IMG/VR virus record: IMGVR_UViG_3300005805_000154
Coordinates: 1-43,428 of that record
Direction: 5' to 3' (one strand)
Length of the DNA: 43,428 bases
Source: a virus
Lineage: Duplodnaviria; Caudoviricetes
Within the stretch, counting starts at the first letter, position 1; each line of letters opens with the position of its first letter. The position numbers were made by a program, and so were the translations under genes. Shown here piece by piece: positions 8,940-18,900 of this stretch. The notes below the pieces were generated by a model. The model ran no database searches. It was not told the DNA's origin and saw only the letters and a program-made list of their open reading frames with translations.

Positions 8940-10964
8940 ATGGTTAATATTAATATTAAAAATATATCAAATCAATTTTCTGGTGTTAATAATAATCTTA
9001 AGTCATCTTTAAGATCATCAAAGAGTATTAACAATACTCTTTTGAAACAATCTAGAAATAGAAGAAATCAAGTTTCAAGTATAAAATCAATTTATAATTT
9101 GAGAAGAGAAAATGTAAGAAGGAAAGAACAAAAAAGTTTACTTGAAGCATCTTCTGTTGGTGCAGCAATTAGAAGACAATCATCGGTTATTGCAGATAGT
9201 AGTAAGGGATTTTTACAAAGAGTATTAGAATTTACTGGGACTTTACTTGCTGGTTGGTTAATTTACAATCTTCCAACAATTATGGCAATGGGAAGAGAGT
9301 TTATGGCAAGAGCATCTGCAATGACAAGAATAATGAAAAACTTTGTTGGAAATACTATTAATATTTTTTCTGGATTTGCTAAAGTGTTAGGAGCAACATT
9401 TAATAATATTGCCAGATTAGACTTTCTTGATAGTAATGGTAAAGTTAGAATGGCGATGGATGAATTGTATGGATCTGTTCAAAAATTAGATGATGATATC
9501 GATCAAGCAATAAAATTATTAACTACTTCGTTGGGAGTTGGATTAGAATCTGGTGAAGATGCTCCACCTACTGGAACTGATTATACAACACCCCCAGGAG
9601 GACAACCATCAGGTGGAGGAGGATCTGGTGGAGGTGGAGGTGGTGGAAGATGGAAACCATTATTGGATTTAATTGCTGGTGGAGAATCTACGAATTCGGG
9701 TGGTTATGATGCAATGTATCCTGGTACAAATACCAGAAAAAAAGGTAAACCAGTATCCGAAATGACAATTACTGAAGCAGCAAAATATGCAGGTGATCGT
9801 TTTGACGGTAAAGGTAATTCTGCTGTCGGTAGATATCAATTTACAACTGTTAGAGAACAGGCAAAAGCTGCTAAATTAAATCCCGATAAAGATTTATTCA
9901 GTCCTGCTAATCAAGATAAGATGGCAATTCATATTATTGAAGGTAAAAGAAAGGGTAATGACTGGTTATCTGGAAAAATAAGTGATGAAGATTTTGGTAA
10001 ATTATTATCAATGGAATTTGCCGCAGTGAAAATGTCGAATGGTAGAGGATACTGGGATGGATATTATGGAAATAAAGCAACAATTCCATGGAGTGAAACT
10101 TCCGCAGTTTTAAAAAAAATAAAATCCACTCCAAAATCACAATCACAATCTCCAACACCATCACAACAACCACAACCACAACAACCACAATCACCAACAC
10201 GACAAGTACCACAACTCAATCAAAATGCAAAATTTTATAAAGGTCAAGACATCACAAAATTGATTGGTGGAGTTAAATCCCCATCAATTGTTGTAACTAG
10301 TTTAAAAGGTATGCGTGATGATAAATATCATTCTGGTATTGATATTGCAACGGATTCTGGAACTTATATTTCATTAAGAGTAGATTCTGAAGTTGTTGGA
10401 TATCTTTTTGAACCTGGAGGATATGGACATGTAATTGATATGTGGATTCCCCAATATAAGGTTCAATTGAGATTTGCGCATTTATATGAAAGACCAAAAT
10501 ATACTTCAAAAGGAACTAAAATTCCAGCAAATACTTCTTTTGCGCGAGTTGGAAGTACTGGAGGATCTACAGGGCCTCATATACACTTCGATGCTGATAG
10601 TAGATATGATAGTAGAGGAAATGGTAATTTAAATCCAGCACCTTATGTTTCCTTACTATCGTTAACAAGAAATCCATCTACTGGAGCATCTCAACCAACA
10701 TCATTAGCGCAACAATCAAATACATCCGATCCAGCAAAACAACAACAATTACCATCAGCAAATCTTCAAACTCAACAACCATCTACACCTTCTATAACTC
10801 CAGAAAGAAAGGGGCAAGATATAGTTTTTATTGATAATGTAGTTTCTTCCCCACAAATGCCTCCAATGATGATGGGATCCAGTAAACCATCAGTTATATT
10901 TGTGGGAAGTAATGTAAATAGTATTATCAAAAAACAATTATTATTAGATTTATCTTATACTTAA
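8940..10964 (+). CDS. Virion protein with lysozyme-like and M23 peptidase domains
   Basis: LLDLIAGGES...SAVGRYQF (lysozyme-like); HSGID, AHL and GSTGGSTGPHIHF (M23 HxxxD/HxH). Confidence 0.85.
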   Translation: MVNINIKNISNQFSGVNNNLKSSLRSSKSINNTLLKQSRNRRNQVSSIKSIYNLRRENVRRKEQKSLLEASSVGAAIRRQSSVIADSSKGFLQRVLEFTGTLLAGWLIYNLPTIMAMGREFMARASAMTRIMKNFVGNTINIFSGFAKVLGATFNNIARLDFLDSNGKVRMAMDELYGSVQKLDDDIDQAIKLLTTSLGVGLESGEDAPPTGTDYTTPPGGQPSGGGGSGGGGGGGRWKPLLDLIAGGESTNSGGYDAMYPGTNTRKKGKPVSEMTITEAAKYAGDRFDGKGNSAVGRYQFTTVREQAKAAKLNPDKDLFSPANQDKMAIHIIEGKRKGNDWLSGKISDEDFGKLLSMEFAAVKMSNGRGYWDGYYGNKATIPWSETSAVLKKIKSTPKSQSQSPTPSQQPQPQQPQSPTRQVPQLNQNAKFYKGQDITKLIGGVKSPSIVVTSLKGMRDDKYHSGIDIATDSGTYISLRVDSEVVGYLFEPGGYGHVIDMWIPQYKVQLRFAHLYERPKYTSKGTKIPANTSFARVGSTGGSTGPHIHFDADSRYDSRGNGNLNPAPYVSLLSLTRNPSTGASQPTSLAQQSNTSDPAKQQQLPSANLQTQQPSTPSITPERKGQDIVFIDNVVSSPQMPPMMMGSSKPSVIFVGSNVNSIIKKQLLLDLSYT

Positions 10965-10965
10965 T

Positions 10966-12285
10966 ATGGCATCAGCACTTAATAGATCAATATATGAAAA
11001 AATATTATTAGAATCTAGTGATGGTAAAAGAACTGTAGATATTAAATCAGGTACAGTATCAATAGATTATTATGAAGATATTTTTTCCCCAACAATTACT
11101 CTTAAAATTAGAGTTGCTGATGGTGGTGATACAATTGCACCAGCAAATGGTAAAAGTTCTGAAAAACAGTCTTTATATGCAGGACTTCCTTTAAGAGGTG
11201 GGGAACGATTGGCATTAAAAATAAGTGGTAATACTTCAAATAATCCAGGATTAGATTTTTCAAAGAACACTAAAGATTATTTTTATGTTTCTAGTATAAG
11301 TGATGTTGCAATTGAATCGCAAAGAGAAACTTTTGTATTGAACTTAGTTTCTAGAGAAGCGATTACAAATGAAACTGCAAGAGTATATCAAAAATATAAA
11401 AAGTCTTCTATAGATGAGCACGTATCTTCTATTTTAAAAAATATTTTAAAAACTTCCAAAATAGGAACTATTGAAAAAAGTATTACTCCATACTCATTCA
11501 TAGGAAATTTAAAAAAACCATTTTCAGTTTTAGTGTGGTTAGCGTCAAAGGCAGTTCCTGCAATATCTAAAGATGCTTCTGCTGGGTTTGTTTTTTACCA
11601 AACAAAAGAAGGATTTCAATTCAGATCAATTGATTCTTTATGTGAGCAAAAATCTATAGCAAAATATATCTACACAGATGTTAATAAATCTGAAATTGAA
11701 AGAAATAATGATTTTACTATTTTAAGTTATAGTATTGATAGAAATCAGAATCTCTTAGAAAAATTAAGATTGGGGACATATTCAAGCGTTAGATATTATT
11801 TTGATCCTTTATCATTTAAATTTACCAATCCTGAAGAAGGAAAATATAAATTAGATCAATATCAAAATAAAGTAAAAAATTTAGGATTAAATCAAGTAGA
11901 AATTCCGAATGTTCCAACAAATAATAATAAATCTTTAGGAGAAATTCCTAGTAGGATATTTACTGGAGTATTAGACACTGGAGTATTGCAAGTTGGAGTA
12001 AGTACTTCAAAAACAGAAGAACCTCTTAAATATCAGTCACAGATAATCATGAGGTATAATTTACTGTTTACACAAACTGTAAGTATGACTGTACCGTCAA
12101 ATACTAATTTAAAAGCGGGAGATGTAATTGAATGTAAGTTTCCAAAAGTATCAAGATCAAACTCTGATGAATATGATCCTGATCAAAGTGGACTATATAT
12201 GATAAAGGAATTATGTCATCATTTTGATGATAATGGTTCTTATACATCTATGAGATTAGTAAGAGATACATTCGGAAAAAAATAA
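10966..12285 (+). CDS. Baseplate hub protein (gp27/gpD-like)
   Basis: YYEDIFSP, FYQTKEGFQFRSIDSL, L.AGDVI and SGLYMIKELCH motifs; upstream of gp5. Confidence 0.7.
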   Translation: MASALNRSIYEKILLESSDGKRTVDIKSGTVSIDYYEDIFSPTITLKIRVADGGDTIAPANGKSSEKQSLYAGLPLRGGERLALKISGNTSNNPGLDFSKNTKDYFYVSSISDVAIESQRETFVLNLVSREAITNETARVYQKYKKSSIDEHVSSILKNILKTSKIGTIEKSITPYSFIGNLKKPFSVLVWLASKAVPAISKDASAGFVFYQTKEGFQFRSIDSLCEQKSIAKYIYTDVNKSEIERNNDFTILSYSIDRNQNLLEKLRLGTYSSVRYYFDPLSFKFTNPEEGKYKLDQYQNKVKNLGLNQVEIPNVPTNNNKSLGEIPSRIFTGVLDTGVLQVGVSTSKTEEPLKYQSQIIMRYNLLFTQTVSMTVPSNTNLKAGDVIECKFPKVSRSNSDEYDPDQSGLYMIKELCHHFDDNGSYTSMRLVRDTFGKK

Positions 12286-12291
12286 CATACA

Positions 12292-15222
12292 ATGTCAGTA
12301 GAATCTTCTTTATTAAAAACTAATTTTATTGGTAGAGATGGATTTCGATGGTGGATTGGACAAATAGCACCACCTCAAGCTCAAGAAAAGCAATTAAATG
12401 GTGAAGGGTGGGGAAATAGATATAAAGTTCGTATTATGGGTTATCACCCATATAGTACTGCAGATTTATCAGACGAAGATTTACCATGGGCAGGTGCATT
12501 ATTACCTTCAACTGCGGGAACAGGAGCAGCAAATACTGGGGAGAACGTAAAATTAAGACCAGGTGATGTTGTAGTAGGATTTTTCTTAGATGGAGATAAT
12601 GGTCAAGTTCCCATGATCATGGGAGCATTTGGTAGAACTGAGTATGTAGGAAAAAAATCATATAAAGCACCATTCCAACCATTTACAGGTTTTGATTCTA
12701 AAATAACTCCTCCAAATGGTACTCATGCAATTAATGAAATAAATCAACAAAATTCAAACGCCCAAAGACAACCATTATCAATTCCACCAGGGACATCACT
12801 TAAAGCAAGAGATATAAAAAAATGTAAAGAAATTTATTATGCTTGGGGTGGATTAGGAACACAAATACAATTAGCAAATTCATGCACTGCAACAGGTATT
12901 AGTGCAATTACAGGAGAAATTGGTAACTTATTTTCAAGAATTGGTGGATTGGGTGGTATTGGTTCAATTGCATCTGCCGTTTCTGGATTAGCGAGTGGAG
13001 GATCAATCGGTGGAGTTGTTAGTGGTTTAATAGGATCAGTTGCAGGTGGATCCGGTGGAATAGGAGGTGCAATAGGTGGTCTTTTAGGTGGTGGCGATAT
13101 TGCAAATACTGTCGGAAATGCCATTGGAAATCTTGCTGGTGGTTCAACAGTTGGTAATGTTATTACAACCGCTATTGGAGATCTTGGGGGAGGAACTGGT
13201 ATTGGCGATCTTTTGGGTGGTGGTAACGTAGGAAATGCAATTGGAAATGCTATTAGTGGTCTTGCAGGTGGATCATCTATAGGAAATATAATCACAAACT
13301 CAGTTGGAGATCTTGTAGGAGGATCATCTGGAATTAGTGGTGCAGTAGGAAATCTTCTTGGTGGATCATCAACAGCACAAGAAATAGGAGGAGTTGTTGA
13401 ACAAGGAATTAGTGGTGCAATAGGTAATTTATCATCGGGAATTCTTGGAGGAGAAGTTGGTAAAACTATAGATGCTGTTACTGCCATGGTAAATCCTTTC
13501 GTTGGCAGTATGTTTAATTTTTTGTTTAGTAAACTTGAACCAATTTTAAATAAGGGATTGGATGCATTATATAAATTTATATTTTCTCAGGTTTTAGCGG
13601 CAACTGGAAATGCTGCAATTGCACATGCTGCTGGAGTTGCAGCACAAGTTGCTTTAACTATACCAGTGAAAGCATTAGAGAAACAAATTGCATGTGCAGC
13701 AAATAAAGTAGTAAGAAAACTTCCAAGAAGTTCTCAAGACATTGTAAAAGAACTTAGAAAAAATGTTAAAAAAATTAGAACTTGTGCAGGAACTCAATTT
13801 ACAGGATCATTATTAAATTCTGTTGTAACAGATATTTCAGATGAACTTGTATCAGAATTAAATGGAGTTTCTAAAATTCTTGCAGGTTCTTTTGATGTTG
13901 AAGAATTATTGAGAGGTAAAGTACCTCCTATTAAACCAATTGGTGGATTTTTTGATTGTAATCAAGATGAAGGAAAGTGTAATGATGTTGTAGAACAATG
14001 GACTGTTGGAAAAGGTCATAAAGCACCAAAAAGTTCTAAAGTTTTATCTAGAAAAGTTGCAAAGGATATGGATACTGCATATAAAGAAGGTAATCCTAAT
14101 AGAAGATCTTCTGCAGTGTCAGAAAATGTATTTACTTCAAATTTAAATCCCGGAGGTCCAGATTATCAAAAGGGATTTATTGGATCTCTTAAATTGGTTA
14201 GTCCTTTCGGAGCGGATAAAGATAGTGATTCCTTTACATTGCTTGTAGAAGACGATTTTAAAAAGAATGCTGAAGTTGAAAGGAATGGATTTTTAGTATC
14301 TCCAGGCAATTCTGAAGTAATTTTGGTAAAAAATGTAATAGGAAAAGGACTTTATACTTTGAAAGTAGTGAGAAAATATCAAGGAAAGGCATCAGAATAT
14401 GATTACCTTACTACTTTTTCATATTATAAACCAAGTGAAAAATTAAATGGAGAGTTTTCAGTTACTTCTGGAAAAAGAGAAAAATCTAAAGCAAATAAAA
14501 CTTTTGATGAAAAATATGGAAAATGGGATATATATGATGAAAGGACTAGAAAGAAGAAAAACAAAAAGAAAAGTCCACTTGGAGATTGTTTTAGTGGAGA
14601 AGAGGATGATTGTAAACCACCCATAGTTAACATTTTTGGTGGACTTGGATCAGGTGCTACTGCAAAAGTTATTATGGGAAATTATATTAGAAATGGAAAT
14701 GGGCAAAGAACCGGAAGTATTATTGGCGTCAAAGTTACTAATGGCGGAAGTGGATATAGGTATCCTCCATTTGTAGAATTTGAAGATGATTGTGATCAAG
14801 GTTATGGTGCTGTTGCTAGATCTATTATTAAAGATGGAAAAGTAATTGCGATTTATCTGGTTAAAATTGGAGAATCTTATCCTGTTGGTGAGACTGATAG
14901 TTATACAGTAACTGATGTTGCAATTACGGATGGTGGAAGCGATTATACAAATAATGATTCCATACAAGATGATCTTGGAAATGAATATTCATTTGATGTT
15001 GATGACGATGGAACAATAATTAAGGTTACACCCATAAATATTATAGAAACTACTGATTTACCTGTTATTACAATACAATCTGAAACTGGATCTGGTGCTT
15101 TATTAACTCCAATTCTTGGAGAAATTACTGAAGAATTAAAGGCATCAAATAAAGTTACGATGAAAGATACTACAGGAATACAAAAAGACGGAACTAAGAT
15201 AGTTATTGATTGTATAACATAA
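12292..15222 (+). CDS. gp5: gp5-like baseplate hub/spike protein (N-terminal OB fold)
   Basis: FRWWIGQ, RYKVRIMGYH, DLPWA and VVGFFLDG motifs; C-terminal V.VTNGGSGY repeats. Confidence 0.85.
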   Translation: MSVESSLLKTNFIGRDGFRWWIGQIAPPQAQEKQLNGEGWGNRYKVRIMGYHPYSTADLSDEDLPWAGALLPSTAGTGAANTGENVKLRPGDVVVGFFLDGDNGQVPMIMGAFGRTEYVGKKSYKAPFQPFTGFDSKITPPNGTHAINEINQQNSNAQRQPLSIPPGTSLKARDIKKCKEIYYAWGGLGTQIQLANSCTATGISAITGEIGNLFSRIGGLGGIGSIASAVSGLASGGSIGGVVSGLIGSVAGGSGGIGGAIGGLLGGGDIANTVGNAIGNLAGGSTVGNVITTAIGDLGGGTGIGDLLGGGNVGNAIGNAISGLAGGSSIGNIITNSVGDLVGGSSGISGAVGNLLGGSSTAQEIGGVVEQGISGAIGNLSSGILGGEVGKTIDAVTAMVNPFVGSMFNFLFSKLEPILNKGLDALYKFIFSQVLAATGNAAIAHAAGVAAQVALTIPVKALEKQIACAANKVVRKLPRSSQDIVKELRKNVKKIRTCAGTQFTGSLLNSVVTDISDELVSELNGVSKILAGSFDVEELLRGKVPPIKPIGGFFDCNQDEGKCNDVVEQWTVGKGHKAPKSSKVLSRKVAKDMDTAYKEGNPNRRSSAVSENVFTSNLNPGGPDYQKGFIGSLKLVSPFGADKDSDSFTLLVEDDFKKNAEVERNGFLVSPGNSEVILVKNVIGKGLYTLKVVRKYQGKASEYDYLTTFSYYKPSEKLNGEFSVTSGKREKSKANKTFDEKYGKWDIYDERTRKKKNKKKSPLGDCFSGEEDDCKPPIVNIFGGLGSGATAKVIMGNYIRNGNGQRTGSIIGVKVTNGGSGYRYPPFVEFEDDCDQGYGAVARSIIKDGKVIAIYLVKIGESYPVGETDSYTVTDVAITDGGSDYTNNDSIQDDLGNEYSFDVDDDGTIIKVTPINIIETTDLPVITIQSETGSGALLTPILGEITEELKASNKVTMKDTTGIQKDGTKIVIDCIT

Positions 15223-15223
15223 A

Positions 15224-15910
15224 ATGTCTGATACTTGCTCTACTCCAAACCAAAATTGGGAAAGAAGAAATCACATTTCCCTTGGTCCAAAATTTAGAAT
15301 TGATGTCAGTAATCCTCAAAATGGATTAGATGGACCAAATGTTTATGACATTTATGCGGTAACAGATTCTAAAGATGTTAGTCTTGTTGGACTAACTGAA
15401 GGAGGTACTTATCGGATTTATAATGATAGAACAATTGAAATTATGGCAGGTCATAAAAGTGAAAATAATGCCATTGATATTGTAATTGCGGGTTTAAATG
15501 GGGATGTATGCATTACTGCTCAGAGAAATGGTAAGGTTAGAATTAGAGCAAAAAATATAATGCTAGAATCGGACGAAGATATTGATATAAAAGCAGGAAG
15601 AAATTTAAATTTAACCTCTGGTTCTGGTAGAATATTGATGAGTGGAAATAAAGCGGATATTGCAGCACTAACAGGAAATGCAATTTTAGAAACTTTTGGA
15701 AAAAAAGTTTTTTCAGGTACTTTTGTAGGAGCAGATATAATTTCAGATTTATTCACTGGAGGAATTGCCAGTGTTGCTGAAGGTGCTCTTACATCATTAG
15801 CAAGTAATGCCGTAAGTAGTGTTGCTGGTAATGCTATAGGTGGACTTGCCGGTGACGCCGTAGGTAATTTTATTGGTGATGCAATTAGTAGCAATCAAAC
15901 AACAGCATAA
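15224..15910 (+). CDS. gp5 C-terminal-like beta-stranded spike protein
   Basis: Short beta repeats (IRAKNIMLESDEDIDIKAGRNLNL); follows gp5. Confidence 0.55.
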   Translation: MSDTCSTPNQNWERRNHISLGPKFRIDVSNPQNGLDGPNVYDIYAVTDSKDVSLVGLTEGGTYRIYNDRTIEIMAGHKSENNAIDIVIAGLNGDVCITAQRNGKVRIRAKNIMLESDEDIDIKAGRNLNLTSGSGRILMSGNKADIAALTGNAILETFGKKVFSGTFVGADIISDLFTGGIASVAEGALTSLASNAVSSVAGNAIGGLAGDAVGNFIGDAISSNQTTA

Positions 15911-15916
15911 AAACAT

Positions 15917-18900
15917 ATGGCAGACATTACCGTAACAGGAAAAGAGGCTTATTTTAACGAAAATACTACATTTTTTAAAGATGTAACTATTTACAGAAAT
16001 CTTAACTATGATTTTCGTATTAAACCTCTTGATGTTCAAGATTTAAATGTTTTCGGTAATGCAAATTTCTTTGGTTATGATAATCGAACTAATTTTCAGC
16101 ATAAGGTTAGATTTGAAAATGATATTGTAGTAGATAAAGAAATTGAATTTTTAAGAGTTGGAATTTTAACAGTATCTAATAGATTTGATGTTGGACCAGG
16201 AGGTTCAGTATTAAATGCAACTGCAGAAACAGCACTTGTTGGAATAGGAGTAACTGACCCAACACAAGACCTTCATGTTAGGGGAAGTGTAAGAATTGAA
16301 GAATATATTTACGATTCTGATAATTTAAATGGTGGAATTGGTTTTTATCTGAGTATGGATGAATTTGGTATCAAGTGGACAGTACTTGAACCAACATTTA
16401 CTGAAGGAATTAGAATATTTGATCAGGGTGATGAAATTGGGGTTGGTAATTCATTCAGTGGTATCAATTTTATAACAAATTCTGGTGGTACTGTTAATGA
16501 ATTAGTTGAAGCAACTGTAAATCCAACTAATCCTTATGTAGCAGATATTACAATTAAGGATTTTTGGACCTCAAATGGGGCAGATATTTATAGAAATTCA
16601 AACGTTGGTATTAATAACGATATTCCTACATATACACTTGATGTCACTGGAACTGTAAGAATTACTGAAGACATATTAGGAGAAAGAGATTTATTTTTAA
16701 CTAGAGACGCATATATTACTGGATTTACAACAATTACAGGGGAATTATTAGTAACATCCCCATCCAAATTATTTAACACATTATCTGTCGCAAGTACAAC
16801 TACATTAAGTTCTGATCTTTTTGTTCTTGATGATACTTTTATACAAAATACTTTAAATGTTAATAATGCAACAAATTTAAATCTTACACTAACTGTTGCC
16901 AATGAGACCCAATTAAATTCTACTTTAGTTGTTGAGGGGGAAACAGCTTTAAATTCTACTTTAACTGTTGCCGAGGCCACCCAATTAAATTCTACCCTAG
17001 ATGTAGTTGGAATAACTAATTTACAAGAGGATTTAAATGTTTTTGGTCCAACCTTTATTGATAATACATTATCAGTATCAAGTAATACATCAATATCAGG
17101 AAAATTAGATGTATTTGGGGCAACTAGATTATATAATACACTTCAAGTAGATAAGTCAACAAGAATAAATGAAAACTTATATGTTGTTGGATTATCTACT
17201 CTCGTAGGAGATGCTAGATTAGAAAATAATTTAAGAGTAATTGGGGTATCTAATTTAGAAGATGATTTAAATGTTGGAGGTATTACCTCATTAGCAAAAA
17301 CATTAACTGTTACAGAATCTACATTATTAAGGGATAGTTTAGATGTAATAGGAATAACTTCTCTCAATAAATCTCTATTTGTTGTAGGAATAACAACATT
17401 AAATGATAAACTAAAAGTTGTTGGTGATGCAGATTTAAGATCTAAATTAACAGTAACTGGAATTACTTCTTTAGGTAATACATTAGAAGTAGCAGGTGAC
17501 TCTTTATTAAAAAGACAGTTAACAGTTGTTGGAATTACATCTTTAAAGGATAAATTAATAGTTGATGGAACAACAGAGTTAAATTCTACTTTAGATGTTT
17601 TTGATGCCACAACCCTTGGAAATACATTAACAGTATCTGGTGAAACTAATTTACTAGATAATCTAACAGTTGAAGGTGCAACAGATTTAAATTCATCATT
17701 AAATGTAGATGGAACAACAGATTTAAATTCATCATTAACTGTCGGTGGTATAACAGATTTAAATTCTACATTAACAGTTGATGGATCTACAGAATTAAAA
17801 TCTACATTATCAGTTGGTCCAAATGGCGATGTAATCACAACAACTGGAATTGGATCTGTTGGTATTGGAACAAATAATCCTGATAAAGACATTGAATTAG
17901 CGAAAGATGTAAAATTTTCTCAAGCAATCTATGATAATAACGACAATGTAGATTATAGAACTAATGAATATTATGAAGTATCAAGATCTGTACTTAGTAC
18001 TATTGGGATCAATACTCTTGGTGAAATAATAGAAGGACGATTTTTTGATGCCGCTAACTTAATTCGTTTAAATCTTGATTATATTGCAAAAGAAGCAATA
18101 GGATTTATTACTAGTTCAGATTATAAAGTACCTAAGTTTAGTATAACCACAAATGATTATGAATCATGTAAAGATGATATTAAAGACATTTTAAAAGCAA
18201 TAACTTTTGATATTACTAAAGGGGGAAATTCTGCAAGCGTTGGTGCTGGTTTATCATATTATGATGGAACTACACTTCTTTATATTGAAACTCCTGAAGT
18301 AAAACAAGCATCTATCGATGCAATTCAAAAGGCAGCGGAATATGCAAGATATGTTGTAAATAATGCAACACCTCCAGTATCTTATCAAAAAATAGACGGA
18401 AAAAGTGCAGATGCTGGAGGATTACTGACACTTAATAAAGACTTTATTGCATATGAAGCAGTACAAAGAACACTCAATAACTTCCCATCATTAGTAATAC
18501 CAGGAGGAAATGAAAATTGTGTTGATGATATTAAGTTAATATTAGATGCAATCATTTATAATATTCAATATGGTGGTAATAATAATGTATATGATGCTGC
18601 TAAGTTTTATATTGATAATCCAAAACTTTTAGAAGGTGAAATTCAAGAATCAATTTATGCATATGGAGAAGTCAGTAAAATTGCGATACAAGTAATTCGC
18701 AACCAAACTGTTACAAAAGCTTCTGGATCATTTAATACATTTACTCAAGTTATAGATAACTCAATTATTGGAGATATATCAGGAGTTCCTGGAGTTTATC
18801 AAACAAGTTGCGCAACAAATGATTTTACAACATCTTGCGATTGCTCTGATCAAGCATCTGCAATTAATTCATTTGTAGGAATTGTAACATTTGCTATTGG

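Noticed and set aside
12837-17892. Antisense ORFs (216, 124, 130 and 249 aa)
   Set aside because: They are shadows of Gly/Thr-rich or repetitive sense genes, with no recognisable motifs.
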